A stretch of 64,000 bases of DNA from Tubiluchus corallicola (GCA_030141605.1 JAQGDQ010000226.1:1-64000), one strand, 5' to 3'; shown: positions 40,118 through 53,629, counted from the stretch's first letter. The notes: generated by a model not told the origin, from the letters alone. Program-made: numbers and translations.

Positions 40118-40812
40118 TGTAACGTAGCGTAAATAATCCGCACGATCTGCAATTCGTAATGATTCACCAGTACCAATCTTCATGTCTTAACAAGCAATAG
40201 CGACATCAAATGCAACAGCAAGGTATGAACTAGCCTTTAGCCAACCAACAACGCATCCGATACCACGGGTGTAACACCTGGGTTGGTAGAGAGCTTGCCT
40301 GTGAGAGATGAACGCTAGTACTCACGTCAAGCATACTGTTAGTTCAAGTGAATTTTCACTGCAGACCCAGCATAAGATTTATTGAGCTTAAGTATTGGCT
40401 TATATGGCTAAAAACGTCGATTCTCCATAAATTTCCAAATAAGCCGTGTATACAATAGGAGAAAAAAGGTAGTAAATCTGCTTGCACCAACTATATTCAT
40501 AGCGGCAAACAAAAACAAAAAGTTGCAAAACATTTATATGCCACGTTATCTTTAAATAAATCAGCATCTTTGATAAGCAACAACAACGCTGACAACTTAA
40601 ACTTCTAAAAGAATTTTAGCACCTTGCCGTGTTCGATTAACTTACGCAACCAAGGGTTGGTCAGTGGTCAAAGTCGCTCTGTTCACACGGTAACCAACGG
40701 ACAAGAAACAGGACCTCAAAGGACAAAAGCAACAACAATAAACATCAATTATCAAGAAAGAAAAAACTAATTAGAACTAGGCAACAACTGAAGTCGGTTG
40801 ACTCAAGACTAC
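40118..40812 (-). mobile_element. Putative 3' LTR of the Gypsy element
   Basis: TGT...ACA termini; minus-strand AATAAA near 40380; preceded on the minus strand by purine-rich aggagcaa (weak polypurine tract); no second copy in the window. Confidence 0.45.
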
Positions 40813-43800
40813 ATTGCTCCTAGAATGGTTCACCCGAATAGACTGCTCGCCTGAAAGAGGCGTGCGTACACTACCGCCGGCCTTTTCAGAGGAGTCCTCA
40901 GCAATTGCTGAACTGGAGCTACCAGGAAGCCATTCGTTAATCAGTTTTCGAGTTGATTCGTCGGGAATAAATTCAGCAGAGTCGGCTGTGTCAAGTCAAC
41001 TAAGTGTAGCTGAGCCTGGGAAGTCAACTCTTTTGGGTGTGGATGTTCGTGGTTTTGGTATAGGCGGAGAGAAGTTGGGCAATGAAAGCCGTACATCACC
41101 GCTGGATGAATTGTTATGGGAAAGCGAAAGTGGGTCACGAATAGGAATTAAGGCTGGCATGGAGGAATTAAGTAGTTCTGGAATTTGGGCTGGAAAACCC
41201 GATGCATTTTCACTGTTCTCATCATTATAATCAGCTATTCTGCATGGTGAGTATGGAGTGAGTATGGAGGTGGCGGCTGCAGCAGCTGTGGCTCGAGTTC
41301 AATGTTTTGTTCAGTTTTAGATTTATCGGTACCCGGCATTGGAGTTATCGACGGCAGATTTATCGGCAGTAACTTCGAAATCAAGTCTATAAGTTACTGT
41401 AGCTTAGCTGCCAGATCCATTGAGTGAAGGCGTTTCACCAGGTATCCAGCAAAAAGCCAGTGGCTAGTGTATAACGCCACAAACGATCTACATGAACAAT
41501 TTTGCATCTTTGTCTTGGTCCCAGCAAACGCATTCGATAGACAACATCTGAGAGGCGTGTTATGATTTCATAAGGTCCCTGCCAATCAGACTGAAGCTTT
41601 GGACTGCGACCGATTTTACGCTGAGGGTTAAAAAACTAAACTTTTTCCCCAACAGAAAATTGAACATAACGAGAACGGACATTATAGCGTCTATACATTG
41701 TTTCATGAGAAATGCGAAAGTTTTCTCTTATGAAATGGTGAACGTCATGTAGACGACGATTCTCAAGATTTTTAACATATTGGACGACAGTACTTGAATC
41801 AATGTTTGAAGGTGGGCATCCTGTTAATAGATCAAGAGGCAGCCTTAGTTCTCTATCAAACATGGCTTGATCAGGGGTGAATCCAGGGGTGATCTGTATG
41901 TGTGAAACCAAAACCAAAGGAATCTTTTCATCCCAGTCACGCTGGTGGGCACTAGTGAACTGCGCAAGCTGTCGGGAAATGGTCCTTATAAAGAAGGAAA
42001 TGGTCCTTATAAAGATCGTTTGAGTTTTCTCAATACCCATAAGGTTACAGCATAGCTGAAAGATCTTACTTTCAAAATTTCGGCCTTGGTTTGAATGAAT
42101 TTCGTTTGGTAAAAAATCGGTAAAAAAAATTCGTTTACCAATACTGCAGCTACAGTCTCTGCTTCTCGATTCGGTGAGATATCTGCTGGTCTAGAAGAAC
42201 ATAACTGGTTGTTTTTCAAGAGAAAAGCGTGCAAACGCTTAAGCTGTGTACTAGATAGATGCTCTTTACTTTTCTCGAGCAAATTTCGAACAGGTTCATA
42301 TAGCGGGGTGAATTTTTTAAATTTTCTAATAGCACGAAAACCATTGCGTTTTTGAACTGGCTTAGGTTTGAGTTGTTTAGGAAGTCCTTGTACAACTTCA
42401 CACAGACCAATTACTTCATTAGCTGGTATAGTCACTGGTTCAGATGACAAATTTGCAAGCAATGTTTTAACAGTATTTGCACCAGGGGGTGCAGTTACAC
42501 GGCCAGTCAATACACCTTCGCGACAGAAAAAGTCATGATTTACATGGCTAATCATGCCTGTGGCAAGTGGCAACGGCACAGCTGGCCTACCTTCTACTAC
42601 AGTTTCTGAGAATGGAGGTAATTTAAAATATCAGTAGAACTGTCCGCTAAGGGAAAAATTTTAATAATGCGAATGCCCACGACCAAAGTTGTTGTAACTA
42701 GCTGTTGACTGGTAATAATTGCCGGGGGATAGTCCCCGTACATGGATAATTTTGCTCCATATTTGCAGAAAAACCATTGTTTTGGGGAAATTTATTAGAA
42801 AATTGTGCTCTATGGCAAGTTGGTTGGCCAGTCCAACTATGAGGAGGGGAAGAGCACTGTCTTGCTAATTGCCCAAAACAAACTGCCTGAACCACGACCC
42901 GTAGGTTTAGCAAGCTTATTCTGGCCAAAATTTGAAACGCTGTCGTGTTTTTAGGGGTGCGATTAATAGCAGAATTGCTAACATCGTTATTTGGGCTTTT
43001 GGATTTCGAACTGGGGGGGGGGGGGAGGTAGCACGTAGGTGCTGAATCGAGCTTTTGTTTGAGGGTTTGTTTTCCGTTGCTGGTTTAGACGTAGCCCGAA
43101 TGGACTCAACTGTAAGTGCAGTAACTAAAGCACTTGCGAGATCTGGCGGTACACTTTGTTGAATGTGTATTGCTAACTCAGAATCCATTAAACCATCTAC
43201 GAATTTATGAATTAGCTGTTGCTCAGCAGTTTTTGTATCAACGGTTGGAAATGCACGATGATAAAGAACGCGCAATTGCTCAGCGTATTGTCTTAAATCT
43301 TGCCCAGTGTGGGGTACTCTAGCGTTATAATGCGCACGATAAACGGTCTCTCTATTTTGGTAGCCGTATCCGCGACAAAAAGCCGACGAAAGGACATCAT
43401 AGTTGGACCTTCGCGCCTCAAAAATGACTTCCATTACGACCACAGCACTCCCTTTTAATTTTAATGCTAACCGCGCACCAGCCTCGGTGTTGTCCCAGCC
43501 ATTAGCCCGACGGAGAAGCTGGAACTGTGCCTCAAACCCTTCTCAAGACATTGTCTCGCCAACAGAAAGTGGCAGACCTCGGAGTGCCTTTTCACAGAGC
43601 CGCCCTATGCTGGTGTTACTCCCCATGTTTGCAGCAGCATTATTAACGCTTTGTACCACAGTGCTGGTTGCCAAACCTGTTTGTGCAGTAGAACAACTAG
43701 AAGTCCGCAAAATGTCCTCAAAACACTGGTCTAGGTTGCTTAGGCCAGTTTCAAAACGTACACGTGGGATAGAGCCAGAAGGACCATTTTGGATCTGGCC

Positions 43801-44450
43801 AGACCCTTGATTTTGATGCTGAGCGTCAGCAGTGCCAGTATTAGCCTATAAAGGGGTAGAACCCAAAAGAGGTTTCTTTGCCAAAGTATCACCTGTCGTA
43901 GGCGTCTCTGGTTCTCGACATGCAGTAAAATCAAAAATGGCACTGGAAATTGTCTGAAGCAGCGTAGCAACCACATTTCTCAGGTCTTGAAAACTCTCAG
44001 AAATACTAGACAACTGTTGTCTGATTTCATGAGTACCTGACGTGAAGTTTCGCCGAAAATTATGATTAATTGGACTAACTCGCATGCCCTACGTTGCATT
44101 AGGATCGCTAGCCGCGTGCCCTGAATATTAGACACGCCCCAAGTACTCGCGCTAGGCTGGGAAGCGGAATGTTGTGAAGTAGCAGGTAGCAAAGGTAGCT
44201 GACCTTGGCTTTGCCTACTTGAACATTCAGGTGGCTTCGCTGCATGCTTTTCAGTACAAAGGTTATGCACAGGGCAAGTAACAAAAGGATTAGTTGTATT
44301 ACAAGCACAGATCGACAATACATCCTCATTATTAGTATAACTAACATCAAAACTATACCAATGTTCCGTAGAATCTAAGGCAGTGCCCCTTAATTCTTGA
44401 CTTGCCACCAAATATAACTCGACTGCAGGTAAGCTTTGTAAGTACCACAT
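40813..44450 (-). mobile_element. Decayed Ty3/Gypsy internal region (gag + partial pol; RT/RNase H deleted)
   Basis: Gag EGFEAQF...ANGWD...LALKLKGSA...LRQYAEQLRVLYHRAFP...FVDGL; integrase core EAETVAAVLVNEF...DWDEKIPLVL...TPDQAMFDRELRLPLDL; GPY/F motif KLQSDWQGPYEII...VHVDRL; stops and frameshifts. Confidence 0.92.
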
Positions 44451-44636
44451 TTGTAATTAAGGGGCTAACCCTAATTAAGACGTAATTAAGACTATCTAAC
44501 TCATTATGAAGGCACTCAAGACTAACAGATACTATTCCCACCATCTGTTCTTAGTATCACGCCTGGGAACTTAGGCTGCCTAACCTAGGTGAAATGTCGT
44601 ACGTCCAAAGGCCCTTCCTGGGCCCCCAGGACCCCT

Positions 44637-46120
44637 CGAGAGCACAGAACAGCTGGAATACCCCCGGCCCAGGTGTGTCCCTGTCGAGAGCACACTACGG
44701 CTGGAGCACCCAAGGTGTATCCCTGTCAAGAACACACAACGGCTGGAGCACCCCAGGCCCAGGTGTGTCCCTGTCTAGAGCACACAACGGCTGGAGCACC
44801 CCAGTCCAGGTATGCCCCTGTCAAGAGCACACAACGGCTGGAGCACCCCAGTCCAGGTGTGTCCCTGTCGAGAGCACACAACGGCTGAAGCACCCCAGAC
44901 CCAGGTATGCCCCTGTCAAGAGCACACAACGGCTGGAGCACCCCAGTCCAGGTGTGTCCCTGTCGAGAGCACACAACGGCTGAAGCACCCCAGACCCAGG
45001 TATGCCCCTGTCAAGAGCACACAACGGCTGGAGCACCCCAGTCCAGGTGTGTCCCTGTCGGAGAGCACACAAGGGCTGAAGCACCCCAAACCCAGGTGTG
45101 TTCCTGTCGAGAACACACAAGGGCTGGAGCACCCCAGTCCAGGTATGTCCCTGTCGAGAGCACACTATGGTTGGAGCACCCAAGGTCCAGGTGTGTCCCT
45201 GTCAAGAGCACACTATGGTTGGAGCACCCAAGGTCCAGGTGTGTCCCTGTCGAGAACACACTACGGCTGGAGCACCCCAGTCCAGGTATGTCCCTGTCAA
45301 GAGCACACTATGGTTGGAGCACCCAAGGTCCAGGTGTGTTCCTGTCGAGAGCACACTACGGCTGGAGCACCCAAGGTCCAGGTGTGTCCCTGTCGAGAGC
45401 ACACAAGGGCTGAAGCACCCCAGACCCAGGTGTGTTCCTGTCGAGAACACACAAGGGCTGGAGCACCCCAGTCCAGGTATGTCCCTGTCAAGAGCACACT
45501 ATGGTTGGAGCACCCAAGGTCCAGGTGTGTTCCTGTCGAGAGCACACTACGGCTGGAGCACCCAAGGTCCAGGTGTGTCCCTGTCGAGAGCACACAAGGG
45601 CTGAAGCACCCCAGACCCAGGTGTGTTCCTGTCGAGAACACACAAGGGCTGGAGCACCCCAGTCCAGGTATGTCCCTGTCAAGAGCACACTATGGTTGGA
45701 GCACCCAAGGTCCAGGTGTGTCCCTGTCGAGAACACACTACGGCTGGAGCACCCAAGGTCCAGGTGTGTCCCTGTCAAGAGCACACAAGGGCTGAAGCAC
45801 CCCAGACCCAGGTGTGTCCCTGTCGAGAACACACTACGGCTGGAGCACCCCAGTCCAGGTATGTCCCTGTCAAGAGCACACTATGGTTGGAGCACCCAAG
45901 GTCCAGGTGTGTTCCTGTCGAGAGCACACTACGGCTGGAGCACCCAAGGTCCAGGTGTGTCCCTGTCGAGAGCACACAAGGGCTGAAGCACCCCAGACCC
46001 AGGTGTGTTCCTGTCGAGAACACACAAGGGCTGGAGCACCCCAGTCCAGGTATGTCCCTGTCAAGAGCACACTATGGTTGGAGCACCCAAGGTCCAGGTG
46101 TGTCCCTGTCGAGAACACAT
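44637..46120. repeat. GC-rich 47/48-bp satellite, ~31 units, with 95-bp and 191-bp higher-order periods
   Basis: Unit gagcacactacggctggagcacccaaggtccaggtgtgtccctgtcga; ORF-track offsets of 95 (44812/44907) and 191 (45432/45623/45814). Confidence 0.97.
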
Positions 46121-46779
46121 TACAACAACTTTACAAAATCATTAAGTTCTACATAATCTACAAAACCCAAAAAAGACAACATTTATTTGTCCGAAGTCAT
46201 TGTGGATCTGAAAGACAGGGTATTTGAAAGATCTCAGCCAGCCAAGAACATTTTTATGTTGTTCAATATGTGCAAGGCTAGTAGCAACTTATTTAAATAG
46301 ATAGGCTTTTTCAACAGCAGCGCAATACTATGTAAAATAACAGTTACTCATACCACAAGCAGTAGCATGGAATAAAACATAGCAAAAATAAAACCAAATC
46401 TTCAATATAATATAGGCCCCTAATGGATACTGTGGAAATTCTTTCACAATACAGTAGTCTATTCTGCCAAAGTTGTCAATTTGCATTTTTAAGGCAGAAA
46501 GAATTTCTCATGAATAAAGAATTTTTGGAAGAAACCAAAACTCCCATGTTGCATGTCATAGACAAAGGTGAGACAAGGGGCCTGCAGGAGGGGTTCTATC
46601 TGCCGGCGGCAGCCACGTTTGCCTAAAATTCACTTTTAATTCATGAATTTATAGGTGAAACTCTATTGTCAGTAATTGTTTAACCACTTCACTGCATGTA
46701 TGACGAGAATCTCCCGTCTACAGTCATGCTTAATATGCAAATTAACTGACGCCTACGCCAGTAGCTGTAATACTTACAC

Positions 46780-47472
46780 ACGCCACCTGCAATTGAGAAA
46801 TCTAGCTTTGAAAACAAAAAGCGGTGGTGTCCTCTGTTGTCTAAAAAGAAGATATACAAGCAACAAAACATTGAAGTCCAAAAAACGTACAAAATGAGCT
46901 TAAAAAGATTGCTGTTATTGTTGAACTGTAGTCTGCTACGTTGCCACTGCTGACAATTGTTTCTCAGAATAGGAAGATTTGTTTGGAAACAAAAATTAGA
47001 ATATTCTCAGCCTTAGTTGAAACTGTATTTCCGTATAACTCTGAGCTCTGGACATTAAAAGCAAATCATAAAACTGAAATCGATGCGTTTCAAAGGCGAA
47101 ATTACAGAAACATTTTGGGTATTACATGGCCAAAGAAAATTTCAAACAAAGATCTATATGAAAAAATAAAAGAAGAACCTTGGACAAGAAAAATAAAAAG
47201 ACGGTGTGTAAGATGGATTGGGCACATGCTTAGACTACCAGATGATATTCCAGTGAAGATTGCTCTTCAACAAGCCATAGAACCAGCTAAAGAACCTGCA
47301 GGAGGACAAATGATAACATATTTAGATTTTGCACAGAAAGATTTAGACACTTCAGCATTGATCCTTAGAAATAAATGCACTTGGGGCATTGCGGCAAGCA
47401 GCGAGTCCTGGCATAGGGAGGTGAGCAGAATCATGTCCTTGGACGTATGATTCATTGGATGATGATGATGAT
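46780..47472 (+). mobile_element. RTE-like LINE 3' fragment with (GAT)n tail
   Basis: TKIRIFSALVETVFPYNSELW...IDAFQRRNYRNILGITW...ISNKDLY...RWIGHMLRL; tail gatgatgatgatg. Confidence 0.9.
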
Positions 47473-48610
47473 TGCCACTGTTGCATAGCTTTCCTGTATC
47501 TGTGTCGATTTTTTGTCCTCAAATGGCCCAGAAAAGATGCAGTGTGGAGCAAATTCGGGACCAGCTTGCAAAATTTGGGATTGAGTCATCAGATAATGAA
47601 GCCAATCTATACGTGTAATTCACTATTACATTTACTATTATTATATTATTTATTATTATGATATGACTATTTCAACATTGTTTGGTTGATCAATTGTGTA
47701 CATCCAAGCTCAAAATTACAGCATTAGGCCTGCCTTTATTACTTCTACACACTAGAATGGCTATTGGGTCAGACATTTGACAGCGCTGCTCTTACATATT
47801 TTACAAAAAAAAATATACAAAATGCAACATTCGAATTGTACTGATACAGTGAAGGATAGCAAAAAAGCTGCGAAAACTTTACGTGTGAATGCTTGCGTGA
47901 TGCGTACGTGTGAATGCTTGCGCGATGCGCATGTGTGAATGTTTGTGTGATGTGTGCATACATGTGCACGTAAACACATGCATATAATTTAGGCAATATT
48001 TGCTCGTGTATGTATGCTTGAACGCTCAATGTCTTTTTTAGAAACACAAAGTACCAATTCAAGTGTAGAGATGATCACGGTGGTGATACTGATGACGATG
48101 ATGGCGACACTGATGATAATGATGATGAATTTAAGTAAAAATTTATTTTGTAACAACACAACATTATTTTGCGTATCAGAAACTTTGCTTTTATTTTCTT
48201 CTAATTTTTTTCTTTTCTGCTTTCCCTTTTTTCTCAACATTCTTCATCATTCTCACAAGTTTCATAATACATCTACGAGAGATGGTAGCAACAATGACAC
48301 TGGTAGCAGCAGACACAGGTGGCAGTGGCATAGTGGCGGCAGTGGCAGTGGCATTGGTGGTGGTGTTGGGGGGTGTCACAACAGTTATGATGGCAGCAAC
48401 AGTAACATTAGAAGTGGTTGTGATGTAGTAACAACCATACTACAATCATTTACAAAAGTTTAAGACCAAAGTGATTTTTTTCATGAAAATTGACAAAACC
48501 ATCGTTTAACACGGTTCCATCTAAAAACTATTCATTTATTCTTCTAGAAAAATATACTACAGCATAGTTTGTGTGTTTTTATCCAAAAATAGTCACAGTC
48601 CTTGAACATT

Positions 48611-49681
48611 TTAGTACTTTGTATGGCCGCCGAAGTTGTCAATCACTGCCTTCATTCTAAGAGGCATACTGGAAGTTAGGTTTTGGCAGTACTCGGGAGT
48701 AATTTCTTTAACCCAAACGTCAATGATAACTCTTCGCAAGTCTTCAGCACTTGATGGCTGCCTGTCTGCCACCTTATCCTTCAGTATCTCCCAGAGATTC
48801 TCTATCGGATTGAGGTTCGGGCTGTTTCCAGGCCATTCAAGTACGGCGATGTTCTTCTCCCTGAGGAAATTGGTGGTCACCTTCGATCTGTGACAAGGAG
48901 CTCCGTGTTGCATGAAGACTGAACACTTATGAATGCTCGTATGCAATTCTAGTTTTTCCTGAAGCAGTTCGACGTACCTAGGACCATTCATAGTGGTATT
49001 GGGTGGGAGGAAGTAGAGTCCAGCTGTCCCAGAACACAACATGGCACCCCAGATCATCTGACTTGAAGGGTGTTCCATGGTGGCTACAGTCAAATCCTTT
49101 GCCTACTGGCCTCCTAACGTGCCTCTTTCGAGATACAAACCGCTGTATGGTTGATTCATCCGATAACAAGACTTTGTTCTAATCCTGGATGGTCCAATCT
49201 CGATGTCGTTTTGCAAAGTTCAGTCTCTTCCGTTTCATTACTGGTGTTAAGCGTGGCTTACGGGCCGGCTTTCTGGATTTAAGGCCAAACTCCTTGCTCA
49301 AAAGCCTAGAAACTGTACTGGCACTCAATTCCAAGCCTGTCAAGCGCATCTGAGCCCGAATCTTCTTGCAGGAGCTCATAGGCGAGCGTAGCACCATGCG
49401 TCTCATTGGGTGGTATGATGATGATGTGGTTGTCTCAATGATGAAGATGTGGTTGTCTCTTTGGGTGGTCTTCCGCGGACGTTCAGACCGTTTCCTATCG
49501 CTGTGAGTGCCATCAGTCTCGAATTTGACGATTGCTTGGTGCACGGTGTCTTGGAAAACCGTAATCTAGCACTTATCGCCCTTTCAGTATATCCTTCTTG
49601 ATGTAAAGTCACCATTTGAACATTCTGAGTCTCACTCAATGACGATTTTTTGCTGATTTTTGGATCACCTGAAAAATACAA
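48611..49681 (-). mobile_element. Tc1-family transposase pseudogene
   Basis: HTH region (LHQEGYTERAISARL), RKPARKPRLT...RLNFAKRH, LSDES, QHGAPCH and WPGNSPNLNPIENLW; the second catalytic Asp appears as His; multiple frameshifts; TIRs not identified. Confidence 0.92.
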
Positions 49682-49883
49682 AAACGGCCGATCCCGAAAA
49701 CTCGAGCTTGGTCAATAAACTTTTAAAATGACTGAATAATATACGTTGCAGTGCCTACAGCTATAGCAACTTTTCACTTTACTAAAGTATTCTTGCAGGC
49801 CAGCCGGAATACAAATTGCACGGCAGTGAACTGTTAATTTAGGCGTCCTACTTATTACGTGTACAGTTCAGTACGTGGCACAG

Positions 49884-51413
49884 TATTAGCTCCTTCTTAA
49901 TGATCCTGGATCCGAGTACCAGTTATCACTTTATTATCTTAGTCACTCTTTATTATGCAATATTAATCTCCCTAATTAATATTGATTCTTATCTGTCGCA
50001 TGTGATCGTATAAAACGTGACTTAATACTGAAGGAGTGATTTGCATCTATTGCATTAATTGCTATAAGGTTATTCTTAACCCGGCTACTAGAGCTTAAGA
50101 TAAAATCTATAGAGCAATGATTTCTGCTCACAAGATTGTTTCTACGACTCCGCGTTGTGAAATAGTCTTAATCTCTAAAGCTATCTAGCAAAAGTTCCCG
50201 CAATTGAACTCGTAGAATACTTAATGTACACAGCAAATCCTTAGATTCGTTTACAGAATTTAATGTTGCTTAACTGAGACACCTATAAGCATACTCAAAC
50301 TATTCATTTATGATTAAGCGAAATCCGTTTATTGTTTACAACAATTACTCTTAGTTTGCTAAAATTACAATATATGAACCTAATCGCCAAAGACGCTCAC
50401 AATCTCTAATTAGCACCCAGAGATACTAAACAGTTTCCCTTAACTAGTTCTTCACTTCGCACTTAAGGTGCTAATTTACAATGTGAAACATTTAGTACAA
50501 TCGACTACACGTCACACTTAAGGTGTCTATTACTGTGATGAAGCTACTATGCAGAGTTGCTCTCAAGTTACGATAGGTTAAGTTCACTTAACTTGGTGGA
50601 ATGACCAATGACAGCCGTTCGATTGGTCAATTCCGTTTCCGTTGCAAGACTCTATTCGCAAATCCAGTGCTCAATTCTTTGAGGACGCAGATAGTTGTCT
50701 ACGCTGGGTCTAGCGGGTCTTTGCTTCTCTCAGAGTTCCTGTAGTCTCTCCAGACTTGATCTCCTCTCTCCCTGACTCACGACTAACCGACGATACACGA
50801 TTCACCACCCGACGCCTAACGATTAACCACGAGCCCTTGCCAAACACCATCTTATATACTCCTATGGAGTCTTCATAGCTTTGCGCGCGAACGCGCGAGG
50901 TGTCACCATAGGTCAAAGGTTCTGTTGTGGCTTGGTGGTTTATGACCATCCAGATGTCCGGGTCACGTAGCCTCTTACATGAGAAAACTCCGCTATGCGC
51001 CTTCGTCCTTCGCTTCTCGCGTCGCTTGGGTCATAAACTTCTGTTCAAGAAATGAGCTTCTTCCTGCTCCTTCCCAATTATAGTCCAGCAACTCGCATTA
51101 CATTACAGGAGGTATATACTCTTAACCACTCCATGTTATAAAATTCGGCTTCGCTTCTCCTAAATTCAAACACCTGTGACAAACTTTTCCTCTCTAAATG
51201 AACACCTGTTCTATTACTTGTAAACACATCTCTTGTGACAATAATTCCTTGCCTTGCAATAAATATATGCTTTACCAGCTAAGTGAGTTCCCATATTCTC
51301 TTAATAAATTTATCTGATCCAATTTGGAGGTCTCTTTATCAACATAATCTAACGAAGTTGATAACTCCATTAATTAATCACTTAATTCATGATTCCGAAA
51401 TTTATTCATAACA
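49884..51413 (-). mobile_element. Solo LTR, copy 1 (1530 bp, Gypsy-like, TSD ACAG)
   Basis: Minus-strand TGTTATG...TAATA termini; TATA-like gagtatataag near 50855; AATAAA near 49932; acag at 49880-49883 and 51414-51417; colinear with 54668-56226. Confidence 0.85.
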
Positions 51414-51497
51414 ACAGGCTTAGCAAATAAAACAAAGCCCAGAGTAACACTGTAGCTGTATGTTATAGTACGAAGCGCATACGTCATCCACAATATC

Positions 51498-52759
51498 ATG
51501 TCATTAGGGATTTCAAGGTGTATTACAGTGTCTGATTATGAGTTATTCCGATTGTATCAAAAATTATTTCTCTTACTGCTGACGTCTACGTGTTTGATCG
51601 TGCTTGCGTTACTTGTGGCAAGTCCCGTGATATTGAACACCGCGAGTTTAGTAAGCAAACGAGTGAAGCTATCATTTGCAGAATTGCCAAAGCCAAGCAT
51701 TATTATCACTGAGACAAAATTACGAGAATTTTCAAAGTTAAGAAGCACGAATGGAACCAAATTGATTTGGTACTGGAATTCATTATATGCATTAAAAGTG
51801 GGCTTTGACTTCATGTTTGGTTTTGGAAGAAGACCATTTTTAAAACACTGTCCAGTAGAGTATTCCAATTGCTATACCACAAACGACAAATCTCTCTTAA
51901 ATGTGAGTGACGCAGTTATAGTACATCTAAGAAGCAAGTGGGACAAAGCACCTACGTATCGTCCTTCCAACCAAGTGTGGGTGTTTTATTTGATGAATCA
52001 CCTGTGTATACAAAAACTAAGTTGGTGTCTTTAGACAAAATTTTTAACTGGACAATGACTTATAGATTAGATTCAGACATTGTTCAACGTTATGGTGAAA
52101 TCGTACCACAAACGCTTAACACTTCAGAACAAAAAGCACTTGTGAACGAAAACCTTGCATTAAACAAAACGAAACTTGTTGCTTGGTTCGTCACTAATTG
52201 CAGAACGTCCAGCAAGCGAGAAAATTACGTTAAGAAATTAGAAAGGCACATCAAAATAGACAAGTACGGTAGGTGTGGTACACTTAAGTGTCGTGGCATG
52301 CAGAAATGCTACAAGATGCTCGAAGAAAATTACAAATTCTATCTGGCGTTTGAGAATGCCAGATGTGTTGACTATGTTACAGAAAAGGTTTTTGGTCCAA
52401 TGATGTACAACGTGGTTCCAATTGTTTTGGGTGGCATTGACTACAGCAACATTCTTCCGCCACATTCTTACATTAACATAGAGGATTTTGCTTCACCAAA
52501 GCATCTGGCAGAGTATTTAAAAAACGATACTGAATATTACAGTTACCTCGCCTGGAAAACGAAATATAAAGCTTTTATGCGATTTCCAAATCCGATTGAA
52601 TTAAAAGGTGCTAAGGATCATGTGCCTGTCCATCCGACACAGTGGTGTGATTTGTGTAGAAAGTTGCACGAACAACCATTAAAACGCAGGGACGCATACA
52701 CTGGAAAGCAGATGAACGAGTGGTGGGCAAAGAAGTGCCCACCCGCAAGAGCAAAGTAA
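51498..52759 (+). pseudogene. Alpha-1,3-fucosyltransferase (GT10), intronless, frameshifted (pseudogene or assembly indel)
   Basis: N-terminal TM anchor; C-x-x-T-x-D-K...SDAVIVH; FNWTMTYRLDSDI; VAWFVTNC; GT10 motif YKFYLAFENARCVDYVTEK; ttgatgaatcacct near 51995 lacks one G needed for conserved LMESP; span is 1262 nt, one short of a multiple of 3. Confidence 0.9.
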
Positions 52760-53119
52760 AGAATCCCGTTTCCAATGTGACTCGATCCTACTATCCTAGA
52801 ATCAAACCCTAGGTGCTTCAACAAGTGGGTGAAATAAATGATTCGGTCAGTCAGGGTCCGACAGGACATGCTACTACTATTACAGATATGCTAACGGTCC
52901 GCGCGTGGAAATCTCAGAATATGTGACAAGCGCTTGTACGTGAAAATCTCTTTAGGATTCCTCTTGCACTCCTTCATTAACAAAGCATTTTGTTTAAAGA
53001 TTTTTTTTCATCTTTCCAGAATATTTACTTCTGAGTCATTCATACTTATTGTTTGCTCTGTCTTTTGGCCTACTAAAACTATGTTGTGCATATTATTACT
53101 CTATCTATAAATTGCCACA

Positions 53120-53629
53120 TGTAACGTTTTTCAAATGTGTGTGTTAAGATTCATTACGCAAGCATATAACATTATATATAAAAGAGATGATGCACTATGT
53201 AACAAATCACAAAACTGTCATTATTTTACATTTTTCACATCATTATAACAATTTTTATGTCATTATGTAATATTATCTAAGACGCTAACATAGAATTAGT
53301 CGGTGTCTTCAGTCGTCTTGTCTTCGTCTGAATGTGGTATAATTACTGAACTGGACGAGCTTTTTTCTGTTCCAAGTTTGGATCGTGTTCCAGCTCAGTT
53401 TGATCTAGTCTGTGTCACCTGTCTGGCGTCTGATTTGTCAGTCCGGTCAGGTTGAGCCTGGGCCGCTCAGTCTGACTTGAGTAATATTTACTTCTTCACT
53501 GTACCCGTCTATTTGCTTAAATTTCATATTGCTTTACAACCTCAATAAATTGATGTATATACTTTAAGTAAAATAATAGTTTGTTTCCTGTGTTGGTGGT
53601 TGTGGCTCGTGAAGATTGCGTGTGGAACA
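53120..53629 (+). mobile_element. Possible third solo LTR (510 bp, unrelated family)
   Basis: TGTAAC...GAACA termini; internal AATAAA near 53545; flanks gccaca and gccacg (6-bp TSD with one CpG-type mismatch). Confidence 0.45.

Noticed and set aside
44637-46120. CRISPR-like array or repeat-protein gene (many overlapping ORFs)
   Set aside because: No unique spacers; units of 47/48 bp shift the frame; the ORFs are by-products of a stop-poor GC-rich satellite
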